Shown here: in pieces, positions 50,357 to 60,795 of the stretch
Numbering within the stretch: the stretch's first letter is position 1
Layout: every line of letters starts with the position of its first letter
NCBI GenBank assembly: GCA_963674595.2
Contig: CAXXFV010000004.1
Location: 1 to 64,000, forward strand
Source: a bacterium
GTDB taxonomy: Bacteria; Zhuqueibacterota; Zhuqueibacteria; Residuimicrobiales; Krinioviventaceae
Reading direction: 5' to 3'
DNA: 64,000 nucleotides
Notes under the pieces: generated by a model
Databases searched by the model: none
Seen by the model: the letters and a program-made list of their open reading frames with translations, nothing else
What the model was told of the DNA's origin: nothing
Program-made: the position numbers and the translations under genes

Positions 50357-51394
50357 ATGAATAATCTTTTTATTCCTGAAAACTATCAATCTGTACTGGA
50401 CCTGAAAAAAACAGAAAGAGCAATAAAAGAAGTTAAAGATTTTTTTCAATTAAACCTCTCTACGGAATTACGTCTGAGAAGGGTAACGGCCCCATTATAT
50501 GTTAAAAAAGGAACAGGAATTAACGACAATTTAAACGGTGTTGAAAGGCCGGTTACTTTTCCCATAAAAGCGATGAATGACGCTCATGCTGAAATAGTAC
50601 ATTCATTAGCAAAGTGGAAAAGACTTGTGCTGTCAGATTATGACATACCAACAGGATATGGTATATATACGGATATGAATGCCATCCGGCCGGATGAAGA
50701 TCTGGACAATATCCATTCACTTTATGTTGATCAATGGGATTGGGAAAGTGTTATGACCAGCGAACAGCGTAATATAGATTTTTTAAAACAAATTGTGCGT
50801 AAACTCTATGAAATAATGAAACGGACCGAATATTTCGTTTTTGAACTGCATCCGGAAATCGAACCGTCCCTGCCGGATGACATTACATTTATACATGCCG
50901 AAGAGTTATTACAGCTTTACCCCGATCTAAACCCCAAAGAGCGTGAAAACAAAATAGTTGAAAAACATAAAGCCGTATTTGTCATTGGAATCGGCGGGGC
51001 GCTCTCTGATGGTAAACCACACGATGGACGTGCACCGGATTATGATGACTGGATAACACCGTCAAATAACGGCTATAAAGGTTTAAATGGCGATATTTTA
51101 ATCTGGAATCCGGTTTTACAGAGTTCCTTTGAAATATCATCAATGGGCATCCGTGTCAATCCGGAATCTTTGGTACAACAACTGAAAATTACAGGTAATT
51201 TGGACCGAAAAGAATTATATTTTCATAAAAGATTACTGGAAAACGATTTACCCTTATCCATTGGCGGTGGTATCGGCCAGTCACGTTTATGTATGCTCTT
51301 TTTACGTAAAGCACATATTGGAGAAATTCAGGTCAGTCTTTGGCCGGACAACATGGTAGACAAATGCAGATCAAACGGAATTGTGCTTTTATAA
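50357..51394 (+). CDS. asnA: Aspartate-ammonia ligase
   Basis: DNLNGVERPV, VHSLAKWKR, HSLYVDQWDWE, RAPDYDDW, SSMGIRV, IGGGIGQSR. Confidence 0.97.
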   Translation: MNNLFIPENYQSVLDLKKTERAIKEVKDFFQLNLSTELRLRRVTAPLYVKKGTGINDNLNGVERPVTFPIKAMNDAHAEIVHSLAKWKRLVLSDYDIPTGYGIYTDMNAIRPDEDLDNIHSLYVDQWDWESVMTSEQRNIDFLKQIVRKLYEIMKRTEYFVFELHPEIEPSLPDDITFIHAEELLQLYPDLNPKERENKIVEKHKAVFVIGIGGALSDGKPHDGRAPDYDDWITPSNNGYKGLNGDILIWNPVLQSSFEISSMGIRVNPESLVQQLKITGNLDRKELYFHKRLLENDLPLSIGGGIGQSRLCMLFLRKAHIGEIQVSLWPDNMVDKCRSNGIVLL

Positions 51395-51493
51395 TCTAAC
51401 AAATAAAGTCAGAGCCGACAGCTTTTCAAGTTTCATCTTGCGTATCATTGGGATTTTTCCTATAATCTATAAATGATTCATCAAGAGGTTTGA

Positions 51494-52408
51494 ATGAAGG
51501 TTTTACTAACAGGTGCATCCGGATTTGTCGGCACGCATGTTCAAAAGGCCTTACTTGACGATGGGCATACAATTCGATGCCTGGTTCATAGTAAAAAAAA
51601 CATACCTCGACAAACCGGCGTCGAAACAGTGACCGGAGATATTACACAACCAAACTCTCTGAAACAAGCGCTAAAAGATTGCGATGCAATCATTCATCTG
51701 GTCGCCATAATTGAAGAAAACAAATCAAAAGGCATTACCTTCGACAAGTTAAACCTGGAAGGAACTGTCAATCTGGCAGATACGGCCGTAAAAAATGGCG
51801 TCAATAGATTTATATATACAAGCGCCCTCGGTGCTGATCCCAACGGCCCGACCGCCTATTTTCAATCAAAAGGTAAAGCCGAAGAATATATAAAAAACAG
51901 CCCTTTAATCTATACCATATTCCGGCCGTCATTTATCTATGGACAGGGCGATGCCGTTTATTCTATGTTGAGCCGGGTTATACAAAAAACTCCCTATGGA
52001 ATTTATCCTCTTTTCGGAAACGGATTGTACCGGCATCAACCGGTCTGGGTGCAACATGTCAGTAAAGGCATTGTAAACGCCTTATCTGAACCTTTAACAT
52101 ATTACAAAACATATAATGTCGGCGGCCCTGAACAATTGACGTTCAAAAAACAACTGGAAATTCTGGCCGAAATTACGAACTCAAAAATCCGCTTTTTATC
52201 ATTGCCTTTATGGTTTTCAAAATGGATTGCTGCAATTGGTAATATTCTTCCCTTTTTGCCGATTGACAGCGATCGTTTAAAAATGCTCACACAAGATAAT
52301 GTTTGTAACGCATCTGCATTTTATAAAGAGTTAAAGATCAAACCTGTATTTTTTAAAGATATCCTTTCCCGGGAATTAAACGAAATAACTGGAGGTAAAA
52401 ATGAGTGA
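51494..52408 (+). CDS. NAD(P)-binding atypical SDR (NDUFA9/epimerase family)
   Basis: TGASGFVG, SALGA, YFQSK..AE, RPSFIYG, QPVWV, GGPE. Confidence 0.88.
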   Translation: MKVLLTGASGFVGTHVQKALLDDGHTIRCLVHSKKNIPRQTGVETVTGDITQPNSLKQALKDCDAIIHLVAIIEENKSKGITFDKLNLEGTVNLADTAVKNGVNRFIYTSALGADPNGPTAYFQSKGKAEEYIKNSPLIYTIFRPSFIYGQGDAVYSMLSRVIQKTPYGIYPLFGNGLYRHQPVWVQHVSKGIVNALSEPLTYYKTYNVGGPEQLTFKKQLEILAEITNSKIRFLSLPLWFSKWIAAIGNILPFLPIDSDRLKMLTQDNVCNASAFYKELKIKPVFFKDILSRELNEITGGKNE

Positions 52409-52877
52409 TGTCATTAAATTAGAAAAAGGTGATACCGCACCTGACTTTTCATTATCAGCCTCTACAGGCGAAACAATTTCTTTAAAAGATTTTTTAAACA
52501 AAAAACGCGTCGTTTTATATTTTTATCCCAAAGACAACACGCCAGGATGTACAAAAGAAGCATGTTCCTTTCGGGATAACCAGGATGCCATTCAGGCCAA
52601 AGATACTGTTGTATTAGGCGTCAGTGCAGACAGCCTGGCATCTCACGAAAAATTTATAACAAAATTTGATTTAAATTTCCCCTTGTTGTCGGACCCGGAC
52701 CATAAAACAGCAGAAGCTTACGGCGCCTGGGGCGAAAAAAAATTATATGGAAAAACCTATTTTGGCATGATTCGTAAAACATTTATTATTGGTAAAGACG
52801 GTAAACTGGAGCATGTTTTTCACAAGGTTAAAGCCGATGGTCATGGAGAAGAAATTCTAAAACTATTAAATAATTAG
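52401..52877 (+). CDS. bcp: Thioredoxin-dependent thiol peroxidase (BCP/PrxQ)
   Basis: LYFYPKDNTPGCTKEACSFRD, LLSDPD, GMIRKTF. Confidence 0.95.
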   Translation: MSDVIKLEKGDTAPDFSLSASTGETISLKDFLNKKRVVLYFYPKDNTPGCTKEACSFRDNQDAIQAKDTVVLGVSADSLASHEKFITKFDLNFPLLSDPDHKTAEAYGAWGEKKLYGKTYFGMIRKTFIIGKDGKLEHVFHKVKADGHGEEILKLLNN

Positions 52878-52905
52878 TAAATGGAATTCCAAATTGGAGG
52901 GAAAC

Positions 52906-53379
52906 ATGGCAAATTTATTTTTAGCAAGTGAAATTCTGGAAATGAACATTGCGGAAGAGCAAAATGGCGCCGCATTTTATCAAGCTTTATCAGAATCAGC
53001 ACAAAGCACTGCACTAAAAAAAGCTGCTCATGAAATAGCAGAACAGGAAATAATGCATGAAAAACGATTTGCCCAACTATTAGCAGAGGTTGAACATCGT
53101 GAACCAGAGGAAAGCTATCCGGGTGAATTTGATGCATACATTCAATCACTGATGCGATTTAAAATGTTTCCTGACAAAGAGTCGGCTATTGCCGAAGCGA
53201 ACCAGCTTGATGATATACCCGCCGTTGAATATGCTATAAAAACCGAACAGGCGACATTAAACTTGTTAAATGAATTAAAAAAACATATCGATTCACATGT
53301 AATTATTGATTTAACAATAAACGAAGAAAAAGACCACATTGAACAGTTGAACCAAATTTTAAAAAGCATAAAACCATGA
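52906..53379 (+). CDS. Ferritin-like di-iron (rubrerythrin-family) protein
   Basis: EQNGAAFY, EQEIMH, EEKDH (ExxH pairs); GGAGG RBS before the ATG at 52906. Confidence 0.85.
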   Translation: MANLFLASEILEMNIAEEQNGAAFYQALSESAQSTALKKAAHEIAEQEIMHEKRFAQLLAEVEHREPEESYPGEFDAYIQSLMRFKMFPDKESAIAEANQLDDIPAVEYAIKTEQATLNLLNELKKHIDSHVIIDLTINEEKDHIEQLNQILKSIKP

Positions 53380-54635
53380 AACTGAATTATGGGAAAAAGG
53401 GCGTTGAAATAAATCTGCCTGACAACATTACATGGGGTGTTCTTGATAAAGAAATGCCGTTTGTTCCAAAAGATGAAACAGAAATTATTTTATCCGGCAT
53501 TGAATCATTATTAGAACAATTGGACCCAAAAATAAACACCGGTTGCCGGTTATTATTGGTTGTACCGGACCACACCAGACGTTGTCGGCTTGAATTGATC
53601 TTACCTCCTTTAATCGAAGCCCTGGAACAGGAATTCGAAGCTACAATCGATATTTTGGTCGCAAACGGCAGCCATATAATTCAACCTGAAGAAAAGGTAC
53701 GAGAACTGTTAAGCCCGAAAATTTTCGACAAATATCCGGTGACACAACATGATTATATGGATGCGGATACTTTATTGTACCTGGGAGAAACCTCTTTCGG
53801 GACACCGATTTGGTTAAACAAAAAGGTAAAAGAAGCAGATTTTATCATTACCATTGGCGGTATTCTTTATCACTATTTTGCAGGATTTGGCGGCGGCCCC
53901 AAAATGCTGTTACCCGGTATAGCCGGACAAAAGACAATTCTCAACAATCACCGCCGTACGATTGATCCGGAAACCGGACAATTTCACAAAAACATCCACG
54001 AAGGCAACATAACGACAAATCCTGTCTTTAGGGATTTATCTGAAAGTGTAGATTTTGTTCCAAACAGTTTATCATTACAATTTGCTTTGAGTCCAAAGGG
54101 TTCGATTGTATATGCTGAAGCGGGATCCATTTTGGGAACTCACAAAAGTGTTTGTGAAAAGGTTAAAGATATTTACAGCATTGAAATAAAAGAAAAAGCT
54201 GACATTGTTGTTGCAAGCGCGGGCGGATTTCCGTCTGATGTCAATTTGATCCAGTCTCATAAATCAATCCATCATGCCTTTCAGGCCGTTAAAAAAAACG
54301 GCGTGATCATCGTTTTTGCGGAATGTTCCGAAGGTGTCGGGTCAAACTCATTTATGCCCTTTTTTGAAGAAAAAGATTCTTTGGCAATCGGCCACCGGCT
54401 TTTAAAGGATTACAGAATAAACGGACATACGGCTTTGACTCTAAAAACCAAAACAGAAAACGCACATATAATTTTTGTAACGCAAATGGAGGCAGAACTT
54501 GTTCAAAAAACAGGTATGATTCCGGCTAAAACTGCTGACGAAGCGTTCGAAATTGCACAAAATCTGCTACCGAAAAGAGGCAAAGGATACATCCTGCCCA
54601 CCGGTCAAATACATGTCCCTGTTTTCGTAAATTAA
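53376..54635 (+). CDS. larA: Nickel-pincer-dependent lactate racemase family (LarA superfamily)
   Basis: VPDHTR, ANGSH, HYFAGFGGGPK, NNH, GGFPSDVNLIQSHK, AECSEG. Substrate need not be lactate. Confidence 0.88.
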   Translation: MKLNYGKKGVEINLPDNITWGVLDKEMPFVPKDETEIILSGIESLLEQLDPKINTGCRLLLVVPDHTRRCRLELILPPLIEALEQEFEATIDILVANGSHIIQPEEKVRELLSPKIFDKYPVTQHDYMDADTLLYLGETSFGTPIWLNKKVKEADFIITIGGILYHYFAGFGGGPKMLLPGIAGQKTILNNHRRTIDPETGQFHKNIHEGNITTNPVFRDLSESVDFVPNSLSLQFALSPKGSIVYAEAGSILGTHKSVCEKVKDIYSIEIKEKADIVVASAGGFPSDVNLIQSHKSIHHAFQAVKKNGVIIVFAECSEGVGSNSFMPFFEEKDSLAIGHRLLKDYRINGHTALTLKTKTENAHIIFVTQMEAELVQKTGMIPAKTADEAFEIAQNLLPKRGKGYILPTGQIHVPVFVN

Positions 54636-54639
54636 TTTC

Positions 54640-54670
54640 AAAAGCCCTGTATAAAAACACAGGGCTTTTT
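54640..54670 (+). terminator. Terminator after larA
   Basis: AAAAGCCCTGT..ACAGGGCTTTTT. Confidence 0.8.
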
Positions 54671-54790
54671 ATCATATAAAATCATTTTATTACCTGACAT
54701 TTCCCTTGATAAGCTTTTATCTTTTTGTTAATTTACACCTGCCTTTTCACCAAGCAAACCATGACATTTAACTAAAATACAGGAATTAAA

Positions 54791-56269
54791 ATGGCGGAAG
54801 AAAAATCTAAAGGATTATTACGATCATTTCCCCGGGTGTTCTGGATTTCCAATATTATGGAACTTTTTGAACGCGCTGCCTATTACGGCCTGAATTCAGT
54901 TTTAGCCGTTTACTTGAGCAATTCCGTTCGCGAAGGCGGATTAGGATTTACCGAACAGTCCGTAGGCTTTTTACAAAGTCTGGTGTATGCATTTACCTAT
55001 ATTGTCCCAATCCTTGGAGGCGCCCTGGCTGACCGGTATGGCTACCGACGCATGCTGCTGGCTGCTTTTTCATTTTTAACAGCAGGATATTTCATTTCAG
55101 GACATGTCAGTTCCTACGGTATTGTATTTGCCAGTCTTTTAATTATGGCAACAGGTTCCGGTTTATTTAAGCCTATTATTTCCGGTTCCATAGCACGAAC
55201 AACAAACGAAGAAAATTCGGGTTTTGGATTCGGTATTTATTACTGGATGATAAACCTGGGTGCTTTTCTGGCCCCTCTCCTTGTCAGCTATCTTAAAGGA
55301 TTTTCCTGGAGATATGTTTTTATTGCATCTTCATTATATTGTGCCTTAATGTTGATTCCAACATTAATTATTTACAAAGACCCTCCAAAGCCTGAAAGCA
55401 GCAAGTCTTTAAAACAAGTTTTAAGCGGTGCTGCTTTGGTATTGGGAGATGCACGCTTTATGCTGATGATCTTTGTCTATTCCTGTTTTTGGATTTTATA
55501 TTTCCAAAATTTCGGTTCTGTCTTGTGGTTTTTACGCGACTTTATCGATAAAGCACCGGTAGATAATGCCTTTGCGGCCATCGGCATTCCGTTAAAATTT
55601 GATGTGGAACATGTTACCGTTATTAACGCCGGCACAATTATCCTGCTACAGGTACTGGTCAGCAGGATCGTTAAAAATGTAAAACCTTTACCGACCATGG
55701 TTGCCGGTATTCTCATTGGTTCTTTAGGATTTGTATGTTTGGCCTTTGCACACAATGCCTGGCTGTTTATTTTGGGTATTGCTGTTTTTTCCATAGGCGA
55801 AATGACCGCCCATCCAAAATATTACAGCTATATCGGTTTGGTTGCTCCTTCCGACAAAAAAGCTGTTTATATGGGTTATGCTTTTCTTTATGGTGTTATC
55901 GGTAGTTTGGTGGGAAGTAATGTCGGTGGTGTTATGTATGAATCGATTTTAAAACCACTTATCGGGCAAACAGGTATTGAAAGTGATTTGAGAAATTTCT
56001 GGCTTATATTTGCGGCTTTAGGTGTGCTGGCCATGGCAGGGCTTGTTTTGTATAACAAATTTTTTGCAGAAGATACACCGCAAACAAACCGGCAAGCACG
56101 CTATATTATGATTGGTGTGTATTCAATGTTGTTTTTACTGGGAGCCTGGTTCTTTTACAGTGCTGCATTTGCCGGCGAAATTGTTCAATATAAAACAATG
56201 GTTCAAGCCATTATCATGTTGTTAATCGGCAGCGGTGGTGCGGCCATTAGTTTTAAACATAAAGCTTAA
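54791..56269 (+). CDS. POT/PTR-type MFS (di/tripeptide) transporter
   Basis: ELFERAAYYG (ExxER), GGALADRYG, GLFKP, YWMINLG, SIGE. Confidence 0.9.
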   Translation: MAEEKSKGLLRSFPRVFWISNIMELFERAAYYGLNSVLAVYLSNSVREGGLGFTEQSVGFLQSLVYAFTYIVPILGGALADRYGYRRMLLAAFSFLTAGYFISGHVSSYGIVFASLLIMATGSGLFKPIISGSIARTTNEENSGFGFGIYYWMINLGAFLAPLLVSYLKGFSWRYVFIASSLYCALMLIPTLIIYKDPPKPESSKSLKQVLSGAALVLGDARFMLMIFVYSCFWILYFQNFGSVLWFLRDFIDKAPVDNAFAAIGIPLKFDVEHVTVINAGTIILLQVLVSRIVKNVKPLPTMVAGILIGSLGFVCLAFAHNAWLFILGIAVFSIGEMTAHPKYYSYIGLVAPSDKKAVYMGYAFLYGVIGSLVGSNVGGVMYESILKPLIGQTGIESDLRNFWLIFAALGVLAMAGLVLYNKFFAEDTPQTNRQARYIMIGVYSMLFLLGAWFFYSAAFAGEIVQYKTMVQAIIMLLIGSGGAAISFKHKA

Positions 56270-56299
56270 AAAAAAGGAGTCTAAAGACTCCTTTTTTTT
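56268..56299. terminator. Bidirectional terminator
   Basis: A8-GGAGTCT-AA-AGACTCC-T8 between convergent genes. Confidence 0.85.
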
Positions 56300-56300
56300 G

Positions 56301-57581
56301 TTATTCTTTTTCAACCAGCACAATATAAGAAGTTCCGGGCCTGGTACGGTCCCCTTTACCTGTTACGACAATCAACTCATTTTTACCGTCATTATCCGCA
56401 TCACCAACATCAATCCATGAAGATTCTGCAGTTTCGTTAAAGTTGACCAATAATTCTTTTTTAATCTCGGAATTTTCAACTTTAAACATAAAAACATGGC
56501 CCAAATGCCGGCTGCCGGCAACCTTTTCCGAATGTTCGTCACCCCGGGTTGAAATAACTATTTCGTTTTTACCGTCATTATCCACATCATTAACGACCAT
56601 CATTTTTTCAAAATAGGCTAAATCAAAATCAGGGTCTTCATAGGCAAGTGTATAAACCTGGTTTGCCTGTTCTTTAATATCATAAACGAGGATTGTCGCT
56701 TTATTTATGTCCTGTTTTACTTTCCAGCCGACAACAAGTTCATTTTGTTGATCATTATCAACATCACCAACCATAGCGGAAGAGTAGAAACATTTATTAC
56801 CGTCAAATCCGTCTATAACGATTCGCGGCGGCGTAACCAGTTCACCTTTATCGTCAAACTCGTAAATTTCTACCGTCGCTTTACCGTGACGAAAACCGTT
56901 GGACGTAATATATTCAACCTGTCCGTCGTTATCCACATCGGAGATCAGAGACTCTTCACCTGATCCGGAAAGGTGATAAATCTTACGTGAAGTTATTTGA
57001 TTCAGATCATTATCAAAATCATAACGAATCACTTCACCTCCGCCGCAATAAGCGGAAACAACTTCCATTATTCCGTCTTTATCCAAATCACAGGATGCCA
57101 AATTATGGGTATAGGAACTGGAATTATATTCCGATCTTACAGCATGTTTTGTTATTAATTTTCCATCTATATAATCAAAAAGATAAAACAGGGCCGTTTC
57201 ACCGGTCTCCTGGCCTGTCCCCAGAATAATTTCGTTTTTCTTGTCAAAATTTAAATCGACTACCTTAACAGCCAAACCCATACCGGGAAAAGCTTGAGCG
57301 AGGTTATCAGCAAGCATTTTTGTTTCCCAGGTAGTGTTAATTTTTTTAGATATGTACAAACGGCTGTTTGGGCACCCGGTCGTTAGAATTTCATTTTGAC
57401 CGTCATTGTCAGCATCACCGATCTCAACATCCCATCCGGCATAACTCTGGTCGACGCCGGCTATTATTTCACCACGCCATCCATCTGCCAACAGGGCAAT
57501 ACTGTTTATCTTTGGAGATGTTTTACACCCTGTCATTTGAATAACTAAAACACTCAACAAAAACAATCGTACTATTTTCAT
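56301..57581 (-). CDS. FG-GAP/VCBS-repeat seven-bladed propeller lipoprotein
   Basis: Seven DxDxDGxxE-type motifs; lipobox MTGC from the ATG at 57581. Confidence 0.85.
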   Translation of the reverse strand: MKIVRLFLLSVLVIQMTGCKTSPKINSIALLADGWRGEIIAGVDQSYAGWDVEIGDADNDGQNEILTTGCPNSRLYISKKINTTWETKMLADNLAQAFPGMGLAVKVVDLNFDKKNEIILGTGQETGETALFYLFDYIDGKLITKHAVRSEYNSSSYTHNLASCDLDKDGIMEVVSAYCGGGEVIRYDFDNDLNQITSRKIYHLSGSGEESLISDVDNDGQVEYITSNGFRHGKATVEIYEFDDKGELVTPPRIVIDGFDGNKCFYSSAMVGDVDNDQQNELVVGWKVKQDINKATILVYDIKEQANQVYTLAYEDPDFDLAYFEKMMVVNDVDNDGKNEIVISTRGDEHSEKVAGSRHLGHVFMFKVENSEIKKELLVNFNETAESSWIDVGDADNDGKNELIVVTGKGDRTRPGTSYIVLVEKE

Positions 57582-57721
57582 TACTGTTCCCTTATATTTT
57601 CTAATAACTTTATATAACAACCAGGATAAATTTTAATATAATAATAGGGAAAGATAAAGGAATTGATTTTAAAAAATTTGGGATACCGTAGCAGCAGGTA
57701 GTTAATAATCAGTAATAAATT

Positions 57722-58270
57722 TTAGGCAGGAATTCCCTTTTCAAGCACGCTTAATTTTTTACCAAGTTCAATTGTCCATGTATTGATAAAATCCCAATCA
57801 CGTGTATCAACACTTCCATTAACCGGTAGTCCGGTTTTTTCCAAAACGCGTCGCATTAATCCCTGCATAACAGGATTTAACTGATCAAAATCAATTTTCC
57901 CGCCAAAAGCTTCTATTGCAACCGGTTCCATTTCAGGATATTTTTCAGTAATCTGGGACAGATAATCTTTTTTCACTTTGTCGCGGCCCTGTTCACAATT
58001 GGCAGTCAAACAAACAGCAAAAAGGACAAAACTTTTTTTATCTAATACAGACCGGAATCTGGCAAAAAAATCTCTTACATTGGCTAATGGCCGGTCCGCC
58101 CGAACGGAACTTCCGACAATGACCGTATCATAGGGGGACAAATCGTTTATGTCATCAATAGATTTTGTTTCGATATTAAAGCCAAAATTTTCTTTTAAAA
58201 CATCATCAATTTTAAAAGCGATTTCACGAGTGGACCCAAATCCGCTACTATAGGTTATAAGAATGTTCAT
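57722..58270 (-). CDS. Flavodoxin-domain protein (HemG/Flavodoxin_5-like)
   Basis: TYSSGFGSTREIA, YDTVIVGS, FGG, DTRDW. Confidence 0.85.
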   Translation of the reverse strand: MNILITYSSGFGSTREIAFKIDDVLKENFGFNIETKSIDDINDLSPYDTVIVGSSVRADRPLANVRDFFARFRSVLDKKSFVLFAVCLTANCEQGRDKVKKDYLSQITEKYPEMEPVAIEAFGGKIDFDQLNPVMQGLMRRVLEKTGLPVNGSVDTRDWDFINTWTIELGKKLSVLEKGIPA

Positions 58271-58344
58271 AGTTTTTCCAGATTTCAATTTAATTTGGTT
58301 AATATAACATACTAGAGATAAAAAACAAAATATTTATTATATTT

Positions 58345-58872
58345 TTAATCTGAAACAAGGCTCATTTTTAGTTCTTTGGCCCACTTTTCAATTACAGACC
58401 AATCTTTAATGGAATTACCTTCTGAAAAACCTTTTTTATCCATGACATTTTTCACAATGCTTTTCATAACGGGATTAAACTGGTCCAAATTCACACTGCC
58501 GCCAAAAGCAGCAATTTTAAAAAAGTGAATTTGAGGATATTTTTCTAAAAATTGAGGTAAATACTCATTTAAAACGATTCTCTCCCCTTCAGCAGAATTT
58601 GCCGTCAAACAAACAACAAACAGTGCAACTTTTTTCTCTGATAATTCTTTATTTTTTGTATGAATAAAATCCCTGGTATTAGCTAAAATGCGATCAGCTC
58701 TGACAGATGTACCTATTATAACCGTATCATAAAACCCAAGAGAGTCCACCTGATCGATACTGGCGATTTGAACATTTAAATCGCTATCCTGGATTGTATT
58801 ACCGATAACATGGGCAATTTCTTTAGTTGTCCCATAACCGCTGCTATAAACAATTAAAACAGACTTTGCCAA
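58345..58872 (-). CDS. Flavodoxin-domain protein, tandem paralog
   Basis: VYSSGYGTTKEIA, YDTVIIGT, FGG, KDW; TTG start. Confidence 0.85.
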   Translation of the reverse strand: MAKSVLIVYSSGYGTTKEIAHVIGNTIQDSDLNVQIASIDQVDSLGFYDTVIIGTSVRADRILANTRDFIHTKNKELSEKKVALFVVCLTANSAEGERIVLNEYLPQFLEKYPQIHFFKIAAFGGSVNLDQFNPVMKSIVKNVMDKKGFSEGNSIKDWSVIEKWAKELKMSLVSD

Positions 58873-58974
58873 ACAGTTCTAATCCTTTTTTAAAATTGAT
58901 CCGTTTCTCAAACTAAATAACACCCGTTTATTGTAAAATATTCTCATTAATATAAAAAAGATACTTTATAAAAT

Positions 58975-59006
58975 AAAAGGCGCTTTTATTAAAAAAAGCG
59001 CCTTTT
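58975..59006 (-). terminator. Terminator after the symporter gene
   Basis: AAAAGGCGCTTTT/AAAAGCGCCTTTT inverted repeat. Confidence 0.8.
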
Positions 59007-59031
59007 GTAAAAACATTTATATGAATAAATA

Positions 59032-60762
59032 TTATTCGTTTCTAGTCCACCAGGTGGTCCGTTTTAACGATTCGGGTGTAGGTGCCGGCCAAAATAAACT
59101 GGCCAACAAACCAACGAAAAGAACGGTCAAATTTCCAAAAACATTTATAACAAACGGATGAATACCGCTGGTAATGGAATAGGGTAACAGTTTTTTATTG
59201 ATCGAATTTTCCATAATTACAGAATGATATTCATCGGCATTTTCTGAACCTATGTTATCTTCCAGCTGATTTAAAAAGGGACTTTTACCCCGAATTTCAT
59301 TGTCCTTTAAAGATTCAAGTTTTAAAACAATATTTTCAGGCACGCCTTGCATTAAAAGAGTTTCAATTGTGGTGTCTGTTACTTTAAATGTAGCCAAATT
59401 ACTTGCCGTTAAATAAAGAATCACCAAAACTCCGGCAGCAACACCAATTTTGCCGCCTTGCTTATTGGCCCGTTTAAAAAAGAAACCCAATAAAAAGAAA
59501 CCTCCCAAACCGGCAGAAAACACGGCCCCAAGGAAAAAAGCCAGATCTAAAAAAGTTTTGGTATTCATTTGTGCCAGGCCGATTGCCGCAAAAATTCCCA
59601 GTCCACCCATAATAAAAGTAATAACACGAGCTGCATTCAAATAATGCTTATCTTCTTTATCTCTGACAAAAAATTTCTTATACCAATCAACTGTAACAAC
59701 CGTGGCTCCGGCATTCATACCGGAATCAATGGTAGACATGGCTGCCGCCATAACAGCCGCAACAACAAACCCGCCAATACCGGACGGTAATTGTGTTAAA
59801 ATAAAATGAGGAAAAACTTCATCCGGGCGTAATCCACTTTGCAGTAAATTTGGATAAACCTGATAAAACACCCAGATACATGTTCCGACAAACATAAACA
59901 ACACCCAGACAGGAATACATCCCAATCCAACAGTCAACACAGCCCTTTTTGCTTCAGTCTCTGAAGATGGGGCCGCATATCTTTGGATCTTGACCTGGTC
60001 TGTTGAAAATTCATGGACGTTTCCGATAATTCCTGTCAACGCAAACATCCAAAAGGTATCACGCGTTAAATCCCAATCCCATGAGGTTGTTATGTCAAAC
60101 TTGCCGGCGGCAGAAGCGGCGCTTAATACTTCAAACATACCACCTTTTACTTTAACGAAAACAATAATAATCGTTAACACACCGCCAAGCACTAAAAAAA
60201 CTGTTTGGATCACATCCGTCCAGATAACGGCTTCAAGTCCCCCCATCACAGTATAAATTGTAACCAAAATACCAACAATAACAATAATTGTTGATAATTC
60301 CCATCCTGTGAGGACCCGCACAGGTAAAGCCAGCAAAAACAAAACCGTCCCTATGCGAAAAACAGCATAAAGAATATAAACAAAGCTGGCATAAGTACGT
60401 CCCCAACCCCCAAAGCGGGCCTCAAAATACTCATAAGCGCTGACAAACCCACTTCTTCGATAAAACACAACAAAAAAGATAATGGCGATAACGGCGGCTA
60501 TCGGCAGCATAAATCCAGGTACCAGCCGACTCCAGTTCCCTTCAAATGCCGAACCGGGATAAGCCAAAAAAGTGACGGAACTTATTGCCGTTCCCAGTAA
60601 AGAGATGCCGACAGCCCATCCCGGCATGGCACGTCCGCCGACAAAATAATCTTCTGTGGCATTAATTTTTTTTGTTGTCCACAGCCCCAGTCCGATTAAA
60701 CCGGCGAAATAGATAATAATCGTTATTACATCACCGGCCCGAAAACTAAACTGATCTCCCAT
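59032..60762 (-). CDS. Sodium:solute symporter (SSS, sugar/sialic-acid-type)
   Basis: DYFVGGR, ISSVTFLAYPG, SAYEYFEARF, YTVMGGLEAVIWTDVIQ, AAAMSTID. Confidence 0.93.
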   Translation of the reverse strand: MGDQFSFRAGDVITIIIYFAGLIGLGLWTTKKINATEDYFVGGRAMPGWAVGISLLGTAISSVTFLAYPGSAFEGNWSRLVPGFMLPIAAVIAIIFFVVFYRRSGFVSAYEYFEARFGGWGRTYASFVYILYAVFRIGTVLFLLALPVRVLTGWELSTIIVIVGILVTIYTVMGGLEAVIWTDVIQTVFLVLGGVLTIIIVFVKVKGGMFEVLSAASAAGKFDITTSWDWDLTRDTFWMFALTGIIGNVHEFSTDQVKIQRYAAPSSETEAKRAVLTVGLGCIPVWVLFMFVGTCIWVFYQVYPNLLQSGLRPDEVFPHFILTQLPSGIGGFVVAAVMAAAMSTIDSGMNAGATVVTVDWYKKFFVRDKEDKHYLNAARVITFIMGGLGIFAAIGLAQMNTKTFLDLAFFLGAVFSAGLGGFFLLGFFFKRANKQGGKIGVAAGVLVILYLTASNLATFKVTDTTIETLLMQGVPENIVLKLESLKDNEIRGKSPFLNQLEDNIGSENADEYHSVIMENSINKKLLPYSITSGIHPFVINVFGNLTVLFVGLLASLFWPAPTPESLKRTTWWTRNE

Positions 60763-60795
60763 TTAAAAAACCTCTCTTCTTGTAGCCTCAATTTT

